Shown here: one piece after another, positions 43,150 to 56,769 of the stretch
Numbering within the stretch: position 1 is the stretch's first letter
Layout: the number at the start of each line of letters is the position of its first letter
From: Octopus sinensis
Taxonomy: Eukaryota
Assembly: GCF_006345805.1 (NCBI RefSeq)
Contig: NC_043006.1
Span: 105,524,001-105,588,000 of the forward strand
DNA: 64,000 nucleotides
Direction of reading: 5' to 3'
Notes under the pieces: model-generated
Database searches by the model: none
Seen by the model: the letters and a program-made list of their open reading frames with translations, nothing else
Told to the model about the DNA's origin: nothing
Made by a program: the position numbers and the translations under genes

Positions 43150-43425
43150 TATAAAAATTAGAAAAAAACACCTTTTATCAATTCAAAATGAACAATTAAG
43201 TTACACCATCTAGAAAATTACATATAATAGAAGTATTCTATTATATGTAATTTCTATTCTACCAATTGTATACGTTTTTATTATTTCTTTTTTGCAATTT
43301 ACTTAATCATTGATATTTTATTGTTATTTTATTTTAATACTTCTATTATATGTAATTTTCTAGATGTTGTAATTTAATTGTTCTTTTTCAATTGATAAAA
43401 GGTGTTTTTTTTCTAATTTTTTATA
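43150..43425. mobile_element. AT-rich foldback/MITE with ~88-bp inverted arms
   Basis: 43150-43237 and 43336-43425 are imperfect reverse complements; TA-rich flanks. Confidence 0.7.
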
Positions 43426-43472
43426 AATATCTATTATATATACATATATATAAATAAATATATACAACCGTC

Positions 43473-43542
<70 letters not shown>

Positions 43543-43577
43543 TATTATATATATATATATATAATATATATATATAT

Positions 43578-43608
<31 letters not shown>

Positions 43609-44553
43609 GTATGTATGTATGTATGTGTGTGTGTATGTCTGTGTGTGAGTGTGTGTGTATAGCATTCAAATGTGAGAAAAAGAGAAGAGAACAGTAACTA
43701 TAGGAAAAAAATTAAGGAAAAGCTTTGTTTGAAAGGAGGAAAAGGAAAAACAATAATGAAGGAATAAATAAACAATCAGAAATGTATAAATAAACAAACA
43801 ACTAAATAAAAATGAATGAAAAAATATGCAATAAATACAGAAGAAAAAAGTTAAAAAAATATAAACATGAAAATGTAAAGTTAAAAAAAAATATGTAAGC
43901 GAATGTAAGAAGGGAAGAACTGCTAAAAGGTCCTTCATTGATACTGGTCTCGCTTTCGCTTGACGGGAACTGTCACTACGAGATTTCAAACTAAGAAACG
44001 ATTTCGATTGTTTTACAGCCCGCCATTCTCAATTCGTTTGCAATGGCCGGCAAACAAGAACTGTAAGCATGGCAGATGTCACGACCTTCACTGCCAGGCA
44101 TCCTATTAAACTTTTACCTCTCTGGCAATATGGCAGCCATGATGTCTTCGCTTACAATGATGTGATACGAACAGTTAGTGACAGCAGATGATCGGCAGTT
44201 TGATAATTAGAAACTCTGCTTGTTTCGCCAGGCTTGAATAACACGAGGTTTGAAATAAGGATAACAACAACAACAACAACAACAATAATAATAATAATAA
44301 TAATAATAATGATAATAATAATAACAACGACGACGACGACGATGATGATGGTGGTGGTGGTGGTGGTGGTGGTGGTGGTGGTGGTGGTGGTGGTGGTGGT
44401 AGTGGTGATGATGATGATGATGATGATGATGATGGTGATGATGACGACGATGCTTGTAAAAATAATATAAACAAAAGCAGTTACTAGAAAATATAGCCCC
44501 AGTAACTGAGGGACACAGACTTTTACGATCATGTCATTATTATTGCTATTATC

Positions 44554-44594
<41 letters not shown>

Positions 44595-44806
44595 CGGTAG
44601 TGGTAGTGGTGGTGGTGGTGGTGGTGGTGGTGGTAGTTGCAGCAATAATAGTGGCAGCAGCACAAGCAGCAGTCAGATTATGTTGGTTGTTTTGTTGTTT
44701 TGTTTATTTATTCATTAGATTTTGTTTACATTGTAATCAAATCAAGTCATGAAAGAATTTAAATGTAGCTAAAACAACTCAGAATCGATATATCTATCTA
44801 TCTATA

Positions 44807-44865
<59 letters not shown>

Positions 44866-44872
44866 ATAATAT

Positions 44873-44914
<42 letters not shown>

Positions 44915-45089
44915 GAGTGTGTGTGTGTGTGTGTAGTATTCAAAGAAAAATATTAAAATCAACAATAAATTACACGAAAAAAAAGCAATTAGATACCAAA
45001 TCACAGGAATTAAAAATAATATTTGCTGATAAACACAAACATATGTATGCATGTAAGTGGGTGTATCATTCAGTATATTCGTTTGCACA

Positions 45090-45255
45090 GGCACAGGAGT
45101 GGCTGTGTGGTAAGTAGCTTGCTTACCAACCACATCGTTCCGGGTTCAGTCCCACTGCGTGGCACCTTAGTCAAGTGTCTTCTACTATAGCCTCGGGCCG
45201 ACCAAAGCCTTGTGAGTGGATTTGGTAGACGGAAACTGAAAGAAGCCCGTCGTAT
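45090..45255 (+). mobile_element. SINE family S3 5' half (near consensus)
   Basis: ggagtggctgtgtggtaagtagcttgc (A-box-like), gggttcagtcccactgcg (B-box-like), gtgagtggatttggtagacggaaactgaaagaagcccgtcg. Confidence 0.85.
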
Positions 45256-45774
45256 ATATATATTATTATTATTACTATTATTATTATTATTATTATTATT
45301 ATCTGACATTGCTCTTGCTCTATTAGTGGTGGTGGTGGTGGTGGTGGTATTCGATACTGCTGTTTTTTCCGAAGCATTTTTTCATTGTGTACTTATTAGC
45401 GCCAAGTTTTTTACTGTCGCCGTCATCACCACCACAACCACCGCAACCACCGCAACCACCGCAACCACCACGATCCTTGTCTTTTCGGTAATTAATCATC
45501 ATTAACATAATTATTGTCATGGCCCATACATCGCCACGACCTTGATGATGATTGTGGTCAGCATGTTGATAGCTGTCATCATTACTATCGTCAGCGTATT
45601 CATAATCTTCCTCAAAATTTTTACCGTCATCACCACCACCATCATTATTGATTTCGTCGTCATCGTCGTCAACGTCGTCATCGTTGTCACCATCGTAGTC
45701 ATTGTCTCCCTATTTCTCCCCCACATCGTCATCATCATCATCATCATTAACATCGTTAGTTTCTTTTTTCTAAT

Positions 45775-45950
45775 TAATCAGAAGACCAGCACTTTTGAGG
45801 GGCGGCAGTTGGTATATTCAACTCCACTGTTTGAGTGATACTTTATATTATCGACCCCCAAGAAATTGAAATGAGATCATAAAGAACCGGAACAACTACC
45901 GTAAGGCATTTTTCCGACGCTCTGACTCGTCTGCCCGCTCGCCACCCCCG
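45775..45950 (-). mobile_element. SINE family S2, diverged
   Basis: ttatcgaccccc..aaggcattttt..gactcgtctgcccgctcgcc, reverse complement of S2. Confidence 0.55.
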
Positions 45951-45994
45951 TTAGAAGAAGAAGAAGAAGAAGAAGAAGAAGAAGAAGAATATTG

Positions 45995-46560
45995 GGCACT
46001 TTGGGTATCAGAACGGGGTTTTCCAGAGTGTCAGCCTATCTCCGTGGCTTTTCGTTCTCTGCATGATACCCCTGGCCTTGGTACTCAGGAAAATGAACCT
46101 GGAGTCCCAACTAAATGAAAAATCGCAAACAATCAACCACCTCCTCTTCATGGGTGATTTGAAACTGTATGGCAAAGATGAGACACAAGTGAGTTACTTG
46201 GTGAACATGGTCCACTGTTTTAGTACTGATATTAGAATGGAATTTGGACTCAATAGCTGCAGAGTAATCTACCTAAAATGAGGCAAAGTCCAGTCCCTAG
46301 CAGGGACATAATTATCGAATAGAGACTTGATTAAGCAAATTGAAACGGAAGGATACAAATACCTTAGTGTACTAGAGTTCAACGAGATAATTGTAAAGGA
46401 AATGAAAGAGCAACTGAGGATGGAGTATTTCCGAAGACTAAGGTTGGTGTTGCGCTCAAAATTGACGGCGTGGAATAAAATCCAAGCAGTTAATACATGG
46501 GCGATAGCATCACTTCGGTGTGGAGCAGGAATTATAAAATGGCGAAAGAGATACATTTGA
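45995..46560 (+). mobile_element. R4/Dong-type LINE RT fragment
   Basis: IPLALVLRK..INHLLFMGDLKLYGK (YMDD box mutated)..DIRMEFGL; GYKYLSVLE..EYFRRLRLVLRSKL..NKIQAVNTWA. Confidence 0.82.
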
Positions 46561-46857
46561 GTATCACGAGGAGAATAATCGGACGCTTCATTCAGTTAGC
46601 CATCATTTTCTTCGGTTGTTTTGGTGTTGTTCATCATCTATTTTTCAAACTTTTTCCTTTTTTTTTGTATCCCCGTTCAATTTTGGGCTGAATGATGCAG
46701 TTTTATCTATATTATTTGTTGTTTATCATTTATGTGTGGAAGGACTAAATAAGTCATTTGTTGCTATCACTCGTGTTCCTTTGATTCACCTATTTTGTAC
46801 ACTATGTATTATTTTTATACAATATAGCAGGATGAACATTCGTCGTTGTCTCATCAC

Positions 46858-46912
<55 letters not shown>

Positions 46913-47344
46913 TTGCGTTCATCTGTCTGCTGGTATGATGAGAGAAGTTGAGTGATGGAAAAGGCTGGAAAGAATGAGGACAGTTTCATTCCGAGGGAAG
47001 TTCCCTGCAGTAGCAAATTTGTCGAAATGTGGATGACTGTGGCATAAAGTAGCTCCGATGAGTGAGCTGGAGAAAATCAATTGAGCGAGGCCTCATGCTC
47101 TTGATGCTATCTTGTATCAGATGCGCTACTCCTTCCATTGATTCATATATTTTGTAGACTATGTATAATTTTTATATATACTTTCCCTACCATTTCCCCC
47201 TATCACCGTATTTTGAAAATCCCTGTACGATTTTAGAACTTTCCTTCTAATAACCCCCTCATCAGACATCACTACAGCGAATTTAAAAAGTTAATAGTAT
47301 AGATATTACTATAAGGGTGGTGAAGATGACGAAGGCGGCAATGG

Positions 47345-47969
47345 TAGTGAGCCGACAGAATCGTTAGCACGCTGGATCAAATGCTTAGCGATATTTCGCC
47401 CGTCACTACGTCTGAGTTCAAATTCCGCCGAGATCGATTTGGTTTCCATCATTTCGGGGTCGATAAATTAAGTATCAATGAAACACTGGGGTCGATTTAA
47501 TAAACTAGTCCCCTCCCCTAAAATTTCATGTTTTGTACCTTTAGTAGAAAAGGTTATTAAAGCAGTGAGCTAGTAGAATCGTTAAAGTACTGGGAAAATG
47601 TCATGCAGTATTTCTCCCGGCCCTTGACATTCTGAGTTCAAATCGCACCAACAAAACGTTGCATTTCATCGTTTCTTTGTCGATAAAGTGAAGCACCAAT
47701 GAAATACTGTGATCGAGGGTATAGACTGCACACCTACCCTTGTAATTATTATTCATGTGCTTAGATTAGGAGCCATTGTAATGATAACCCTTTCTCTTTT
47801 GGAGTAGGAGTCTAGTCGATTACTTTGACCCCAGGGCTCAACTGGTACCTATTTTATCGACTCCGAAGAATGAAAGGCAAAGTGGGCCTCAACGAAATTT
47901 GAACTCAAAACGGAAAGACAGACGAAATATCTCTAAACATGTTGCCAGGCGTGCAAACCATTTAGCCAT

Positions 47970-47970
<1 letters not shown>
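47345..47970. mobile_element. Cluster of three SINE S2 copies (+,+,-)
   Basis: Heads at about 47345 (+) and 47563 (+); an inverted copy at about 47790-47970. Confidence 0.75.
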
Positions 47971-48036
<66 letters not shown>

Positions 48037-48361
48037 GGTGCCCTGGGAATGATAGCAAAAGGGGCTGATTGCTACCTAACTCAGATACCAGGAAACTCCA
48101 AAATAGCAGAAATTCAAAAGATAGTACTCAGGGGAACTGCCCATATCCTACGCAAAATACTCTCTATGTAATCTCAAGTTTTAAAACACACATAATTTTC
48201 GTATCGTGTTTTAGGCATTCACTAGTACAACACTAAGTACAAAACCAAATATATGTAACCCTAGGCATAACACCAACATGAACTTCCAACTTCTTGTCTC
48301 TTCAGGTGTCTGGTTGAGACTTGGAGCCAACTTCTACAAATGTAAAGCAAAAGTCAAACAT

Positions 48362-48362
<1 letters not shown>
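48037..48362 (+). mobile_element. Extremely 5'-truncated R4/Dong-type LINE (C-terminal ~45 aa + 3' UTR) inside (TAA)n
   Basis: IGALGMI..LTQIPGN..IAEIQKIVLRGTAHILRKILSM*. (TAA)n lies immediately 5' (47972-48036) and 3' (from 48363). Confidence 0.82.
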
Positions 48363-48417
<55 letters not shown>

Positions 48418-48749
48418 TTATAATAACAATAATAATAACAATAATAATAATAATAATAATTATAATAACAATAATAATAACAATAATAATAATAATAATC
48501 AAATAATAATTATTATTATTATTATTATTATTATAATAACATATTAATAACAATAATAATAATTATTATTATTATAATAACAATAATAATAACAATAATA
48601 ATAATAATATAATAATGATAATAATAATAACAATAATAATAATAATATAATAGATAATAATAAAACATAATAATATAATAATAATAATTAATAACAATAA
48701 TAATAACAATAATAATAATAATAATAATTAATAACATATAATACAATAA

Positions 48750-48780
<31 letters not shown>

Positions 48781-49080
48781 TAATAATAATAATTATAATA
48801 ACAATAATAATAACATAATATAATAATAATAATGATAATAATAATAACAATATAATAATAATAATAATAATATAATAATAATAATAATAATAATATAATA
48901 ATAATCATTATAATAACAAAAAATAATAATAATAATAATAATTATAATAAAATAATAATAATAATAAATAATAATAATAATAATAATATATAATAATTAA
49001 TAATATAATAACAATAATAATAACACTAATAATAATAATATAATTATAATACAATAATAATAACAATAATAATAATAATA

Positions 49081-49111
<31 letters not shown>

Positions 49112-49224
49112 TATAATCCAATAATAATACAATAATAAAATAATAATAATAATAATATAATTATATAACAATAATAATAACAATAATAATAATAATAATA
49201 ATTATACATAACAATAATAATAAC

Positions 49225-49256
<32 letters not shown>

Positions 49257-49310
49257 TATAATAACATAATAATAACAATAATAATATGATAGAATAATAA
49301 CAATATAATA

Positions 49311-49341
<31 letters not shown>

Positions 49342-49413
49342 TATAATAACAATAATAACCAATCACTAATAATAATAATATAATGATAATAATAATAACA
49401 ATAATAATATATA

Positions 49414-49453
<40 letters not shown>

Positions 49454-49800
49454 AATAATAAATAATAACAAAATATAATGATAATAATAATAACAATAAT
49501 AATAATAATAATAATAATAAGAATAATAATAATCAATAATAATAATAATAATTATAATAACCATAAAATAACAATAATAATAATAATAATAATTAATAAT
49601 AACAATAATAAAAAATAATAATAATAATAATAATATAATAATAATAATAATAATACTAATAAATAAGAAGAAGAAGAAGAGAAGAAGAAGAAGAAGAAGA
49701 AGAAAGAATAGAAAGAAGAAGAAGAAGAAGAGAAGAAGAAGAAGAAGAAGAAGAAGAAGAAGAAGAAGAAGAAGAAGAAGAAGAAATAATAATAATAATC
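48363..49800. repeat. ~1.3-kb imperfect (AAT)n array followed by (AAG)n
   Basis: Directly visible. Confidence 0.95.
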
Positions 49801-50177
49801 CTTACTATTGAATGCACAAGGCCAAGACAATGGAATGTGTTATGTAGTGAAAAATGTTGTATGGTGTGGATCCATAAAAAGGATTTCGTCCTTGGTTGAA
49901 TTTGGTAAAATAAGCGGAAATCGTCAAAGAGTGAGAGCTTTTTGATTTACAACGCACGTTATCTAGTATTTTGTGTCGAGGTTAGAAACAGCGAAATGAT
50001 ATTTGCTACTGCTACTAATGTTATTACACCACAGATACACGCCAACATTCAATCATTGTCGTCCACCTAATTTGGTACTCTGAATTGCGATCAAATGATA
50101 ACGAGATAGATTGATAGATAGATAGATAGAAAGAGATAAAAAAAAAAGATAGACTGAGGGAGGGAGTTTAAAGAGAG

Positions 50178-50194
50178 ATGTATTATATATATAT

Positions 50195-50247
<53 letters not shown>

Positions 50248-50305
50248 TATATACATACATACATATACATATATATACACATACATACAAATATTATATA
50301 TATAC

Positions 50306-50336
<31 letters not shown>

Positions 50337-50476
50337 TACATACACATACATATATATATATATTATCACATACATACATATATATACCAACATCATACAT
50401 ACAAATATATATGTAAATTTATATATATATATGTATATACATGTATATATATATACATATATATATATACACATAC

Positions 50477-50512
<36 letters not shown>

Positions 50513-50555
50513 TACATATATATGTTATATATATATGTTATATATGTATATATAT

Positions 50556-50596
<41 letters not shown>

Positions 50597-50782
50597 CATA
50601 CACATATATATATATATACAACAACACATACATACATACATATACATACATATATATATATATATTTAGATATATGTATATTTATATGTATATATATATA
50701 TATACATATATATACATATATATATATGCATATATATGTATATATATATATATATATACATACACATACATACATACATATA

Positions 50783-50813
<31 letters not shown>

Positions 50814-50850
50814 TATAATATATATAATATAATATATATATACTACATAC

Positions 50851-50911
<61 letters not shown>

Positions 50912-50930
50912 AGTATATATATATATATAT
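50178..50930. repeat. (TA)n/(TACA)n compound microsatellite
   Basis: Directly visible. Confidence 0.95.
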
Positions 50931-51569
50931 GGAGAGACATAGCAGCAGAGAGGGAGAGAGACAGAGAAAAAGAGACAAGCACAAAGAGGGAAACCGAAAG
51001 AGTGACAGAGTGTAAAGGAACACATGCGAAGAGCGATAGGGAGAAATAGACAGAATGATAATGAAATAATCAAGCAGTCGTTTCAGGGGTTATATTCTAA
51101 GTTGATGAACGAAGAATAATTTTTTACTGCCATAACTGAAAAGAATTCCATATTGATGGAGACATCTCTGACCTGGTCAATATAATGCCTATCATTTAGC
51201 ACTGTTCCATTGCATATATATGAGTTTAGGTTTATGGGTTTTTTTGTTTGTTTTCTTTTCCTTTTTGTTTGGTTTTTTTTTCTAATTTCCCCCTCCCGAT
51301 GTAAGCAATTGCTTTGATAACCATAATTATACAAGCGGCTCTCTATGAATTGAAAAACTAACTAAACAACTCAATGAATACACGACTAAATAAATAAAAA
51401 TAATAAATAAACGAATGAATAAATAAATAAATATATATTTTTTTTAATTCTGAATATTTTACCAAAAACCTTATCGGTGAATCGAATGCTATTTAGCTTT
51501 GATCGGCAAGTCTACCATCTGTGACACATCGGAACTAGCTTCTCTTCAGAAAATGAACCTTGAGGTCTC

Positions 51570-51609
51570 CATCATCATTGTTATTATTATTATTATTATT
51601 ATATTATTA

Positions 51610-51645
<36 letters not shown>

Positions 51646-51682
51646 CATTATTATTATTATTATTATTATTATCATTATTATT

Positions 51683-51750
<68 letters not shown>

Positions 51751-52230
51751 TTTATGCATCTAGACAAGATTTGTAGGCGACGTGTCGGTTTTACATGAGA
51801 TCAGGCCTTGCAATATGCTCTCGATTATAATAACGACAGAAGCAGCAGCAGCTCCACAACAATAACAACAATAGCAACAACATAAATCTCATTGATAATG
51901 ATAATGTTATCAAAGATAATATTAAAGATGCTAAAGCGTGGTGGTGGTGATGATGGCGGCGGCGGTGATGGTGATGGTGGTGGTGGTGGTGGTGGTGGTG
52001 GCGGTGGTGATGATGATGGTGGTGGTGGTGGTGGCGGCGGTGGTGGTGGTGGTTTTTGGTGGCGGTGGTGGCGGTGGTGGCGGTAGTGGTAATGGAAATG
52101 ATGGTGAGGGCGATGACAGTAGTGGTGACAGTGGTGGTGGTGGTGGTGTGGATTGTTATGGTGCGTAGGAGAGCGAGAGTCGACGACGGCGATGACTACG
52201 ACAACGACCTCGACGACGACGACAGCCATG
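51570..52230. repeat. (ATT)n-(ATC)n then (GGT)n trinucleotide fields
   Basis: Directly visible. Confidence 0.9.
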
Positions 52231-54959
52231 AAGAGAGTAGAAGTGTTGGAAGGTGTTCTTGCGTTGGCGTAAGTCGAATGGTAATAGTATCAATTATAAT
52301 AACGAGAGAATTTCAAAACATGTCGTAACACTACTGTGTCATACGACCCAATCATAAGAAAAGAATCGTCTCGACTCATACCGTGTAAACATGGCCATAT
52401 CTGTAGAGTTTATTTGAAATAGGCAATGACCATCTGTATCACTGCTAGGCCAGTGACATTTAGAAATTTCCAAAGCCCTCGACCCAGAACTCTGCCTCTC
52501 CTCATTAGCAGACAGATAGAATACCTCTCATCTCATCGTCGCTAAGACACACGACTAACTTTTCTTTATAGGAAGCAACGTTTGATATTGTATTGGCTAC
52601 ATGATTCAGCGGGTAGAGTCTAGCGAGCGTCTGGCAATTTTTAGATACTAAACACATAAGTTAGATCATGGACTAAGGCTCGGGAAAATAGACGAGCTAA
52701 AGAAAAGCGGACACACGAAAGGTGACCACATCTCTTCACTGTCGTTGTCCAGTCAGCTGTGTTTATACATCAGCCTCTTATCAGTGCATCATCAGTAACT
52801 GATAATACACTGATACCGATTGTAATGATTGTTGAAACCAGATGAACCTGTTGGTCACCTGATCTCACCGCTTCCACATGTAGAGAAAAAAAAACACATC
52901 ACCAATATATATAATCGTGTGCTTCCTGGAGCAAGGTACAACGATCAGGCAGAAGTACACCACGAAAGTAACGAAGATGTAAGTCACTTTCACCCAATCT
53001 TTCAAAATAATTAGCATCAACATACTGACACATTGTTAATATTGGCTCACTTAACCACCCTAATTTTGCCTCTTTTCGCCATATTTAATAAAATTTATTG
53101 GATAGAAGCTCAAAAACACACAATCATGTCTGCGTCAGCAGTTGGTTATGTACCAGCCATATATAGAGGTCGAGCTAATCGACTATGAGGCTTTCCTTGG
53201 ATATTTTGATATGAATAATAACCGATGACTCTGCTATAACGATTGTATATGAGGTTAATAAATCATAAAAAATCAAGCCATGTGTAAGATATTTAATACT
53301 CGCTCGAAATAGCAATGCTATTACCCACTGAACACAACATTAAACAGCTGATTCTATTATATATTATTGGTCTCTGAAGCTGTTAACAAAAACACATCAA
53401 CAACAGCAGACACAATTACAATACCTAGCACGTCAACAAAAGCACAGCAACAACATCAATGGCGACGAAGAGATTTAAATTACCTTAAAGCTGCATTTTG
53501 TCAACAGCTAACATTTCAGACATGCTGTGATTTCTTTATCCGAATTGACTTAAAACTGCAGTTTGTCAACTACTAACATACAGCCACTTCAGAAATGCCA
53601 TAGTTTCTCCATCCGTGATAATGGCATCAAGTATACGAACTCAGGCCTTTCTGAAATGCTAACGATCACTCATAGATTGTGATATTAAATGCAGTCAAAC
53701 AATTTCTGTTGTACCAGTGACATGATAAAACATTACAGCTCCATTTTTCATTTCCTAACGTAGACTAAGAAACCACATCTTAATATTAATTCATGATCTA
53801 GAGTCTTTTGTGGGGTTTCAATCCGTTCCAACGACTTAGATCAAGCTTCTGACAGGAGGATATTACGACCTCTTATTGCAGTAATTACCACGGCTTTTTG
53901 TCTTGTCCGTGACACCATCGGTTGTTAAAAGTGGAAAGTATTTCCCAGCAGAGGTTGACCATATAAAACTGTATCTTTTTCTCACTAGTGTCTGATGATT
54001 CAGGGAACTTAGATAAATCATACACAGTGATTAAAGAGGGGTTATCTGCAACACATGAATCGAGATCGACTACAATAAAACCCAAACCATCATCGTTATA
54101 AAAACACCAAAGAAATACAATTACGCTGAAATTTCTGGGTAATTAGCTCTATCTTCAACTGCAAAATACAAAATCACCACTGTATGTAGTCCACCTCTGC
54201 CATCAGAACACTATATTTAGACATCACACTCTAAAAGTCAATTAGCCTTTTCTTCTAGAACGAAATAAAAATTCCTCGCCTATACATGTAGTCCATGTTT
54301 GCTCTCCAAGATACAATATATACGCAAAATTAATTTTATTAGGCAATTGGCTTTCTCTTCTGTTATAACATTCAACATTCTCATCTCTGTATGTAAACTA
54401 TTTGTCCTCTCCAGTGTATTTGTCCTCTCCAGTGTATTTGTCCCATATATATATATATACAGGCATATGCTGTCCATTTAAAGTTGATTTCAAGCTCTAT
54501 CAATTCTGTCCCGTTGTCTTCGTTTCAAGTAGTTAGTAGCTTTCTGCCTGAAATCGAGGATCCAGTGGATCGTGATGCAGGAAACTCAATATGAGAAACC
54601 TATTTCTTGCACGCAGTGAGTTCCAAGGTCCTTATTTTTAGCCAGGTGTAAAATTTCTTAGTTACACAACTGTTATTACAAGACAACGTAGAATATATTT
54701 TTGTCCATCCAGAGGTACTCCTAACATTACTCATCAGATATCCGAAAAGTAGTCAGGCCATGGATAGAGGTGTTGCTTGACTTCATTTTATAAAGAAATA
54801 TCGCATCCAAAAAGTATGAGAGTTTTTAGTTCGAATCGCACGTGTCTCGAATGGGCTGGAGAATTTCTATTTTGGATATATTTGGGGTACTTAATTGTGC
54901 TCATGACTTAGTGTTTGCTTCTTCCATGGGTATAAGTAAGTATTTCATTTATTTCTTTA

Positions 54960-55032
54960 CCGCATTTATCACTGACGAAGAGAAGCTTCTTATGAATTAA
55001 CTCTGAAATCGGGTCCGATATGGTAATAACGG
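54960..55032 (+). ncRNA. Type-I hammerhead ribozyme motif (putative)
   Basis: Stem I ttatca(54966-71)/tggtaa(55021-26), extendable by ccg/cgg; CUGACGA 54972-78; stem II agag/ctct (54979-82/55001-04); GAAA 55005-08; stem III tcgg-gt-ccga; cleavage triplet AUA with predicted cut after 55020. Folded by hand only. Confidence 0.7.
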
Positions 55033-55396
55033 AATTTTTTAGAAATTTCTGTCGACTTTCCTCGAGACGCGTGCTTCTGGTGATGAATTATATGATTATG
55101 GACGATGTGTCTAGTTTCGGCATATTTGGCATTAGAAATTTTTTCTTTTGCCCTTGTTTATAAGTTGTATATAAATATGTATGTATGTATATATATTATA
55201 AGCAAGCTTTGGAACCGTCGAATATATTTGGAATATTACAGGCAAGAAAGTAGATTTCAAACGCTGTACAGCTGTGGAAATAGCAGAAAGACTGGGTAAA
55301 TACCCTTAGAAGACGGCCTTAAGAGTAGACTAAGAAGATGGAAACCAAAAGAAACCCAGCGAATATTAATGTGTGTGTGTGTGTGTGCGTGCGTGC

Positions 55397-55435
<39 letters not shown>

Positions 55436-55844
55436 CGTATGTACGCGTGTGTGTGTGTCCATATATATAGTTGAAAAGAAGTTAGGAATCCACACAAAGG
55501 TTATAGGTAAAAAGTAAAAGTGGAAAGAGCGCAGAGGTATCTTAGAGATTCTTTTTTTCTTTTTCTTTAATCGGACAGGATACGTGTTTTTATAAATGTT
55601 ACATTAAGTATAGAATATTACCAGTTTCAATGCGTATGTCCATCTTATCAAATTTTAGAAATTCAAAGTCAAAAATTAGGAAATGAAAATTATAAATTAG
55701 AAATCAAAATAGTTTGTATTTGAACTTTCTTAAACTTTTATTTGAATTTCTCATCAATAAAGAGACAGCACACTCTAGCCTAGAGAGAAAGTTTATTTTC
55801 GTCAAAATCCAGTCATCAAATTATACACACACATACACACACAC

Positions 55845-55883
<39 letters not shown>

Positions 55884-55902
55884 ACACACACACACCACAC
55901 AC

Positions 55903-55966
<64 letters not shown>

Positions 55967-56769
55967 GGTATAGGAGTGTTTGTTAGTTACTTCCATGAAC
56001 AAGAACTGTTATGACTGATGTGAAGCCGTCCTGAAAAATTGAAAAAGTTGACGTACGACCACAGGTAAGGTATTTGTCCTTATTGGGAGCTTAGTGGGAG
56101 CTATTGTTTACATTGAATTTTTTTTTTCGAATAAGTGTCTCCACTGGGTTCCAGGCATTTGTTTGCCGGTGGTCGTACAAAAAGTCTCACTTTATAGTGA
56201 GAATTGTGTTTGTTTTTTTTTGGTGGGGGCTAACCCTAACTCTAACCCCTCCAGAAAAGTTTTGGTGTGAAAATTGTCTGCGCCAAGAAATTTGACTTTT
56301 TAAATGTGTATGTTTTTACAACAACATTTACCATTATTGGAAACTGTATTTCAAGTGTTAACATGAAGTGAAAATTTTTTCTCGTTGTGAGAAGTATAGT
56401 TTGGTGACGAATCCTGCCACCAAAAGTCGTTCGCTTTTTGTAAATAGTGTGTAGTTTACAACTACGTTGGAAAGCTGTATTTCAAGTGGAACAGCCCAGG
56501 TTCTAATTGGAGTACCATAGGGCTTGGAGTACCTGAATGCCCAGAAGATTTTTTTTCCTATTTTATTTTTTTTGAACTGTTGTTTTCTTCTATTGTGACA
56601 TTTTTTTATTGACCTGTTTGCTTTTTCCTTCTTCCCTTTTGTTTCATTTTGAATTCTCTCTTTTCTTTTTTTGTGAACTATTGTTTTAAACTTCTTTGCT
56701 TTTAAATTTAAAACATGGCAAAAAAAATACGGATAAGATTGTAGAGTGGGAGACTGTCCCACCTAAGGA

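Noticed and set aside
47235-47272. Minus-strand CTGATGA...GAAA
   Set aside because: The intervening gggggttattagaag cannot form stem II; at best a decayed motif.
52300-54900. Possible coding TE relics (hAT-, DIRS- or PLE-like) upstream of the hammerhead
   Set aside because: Only isolated weak peptide resemblances such as IITDGE and HFIKKY; not assignable without a profile search.
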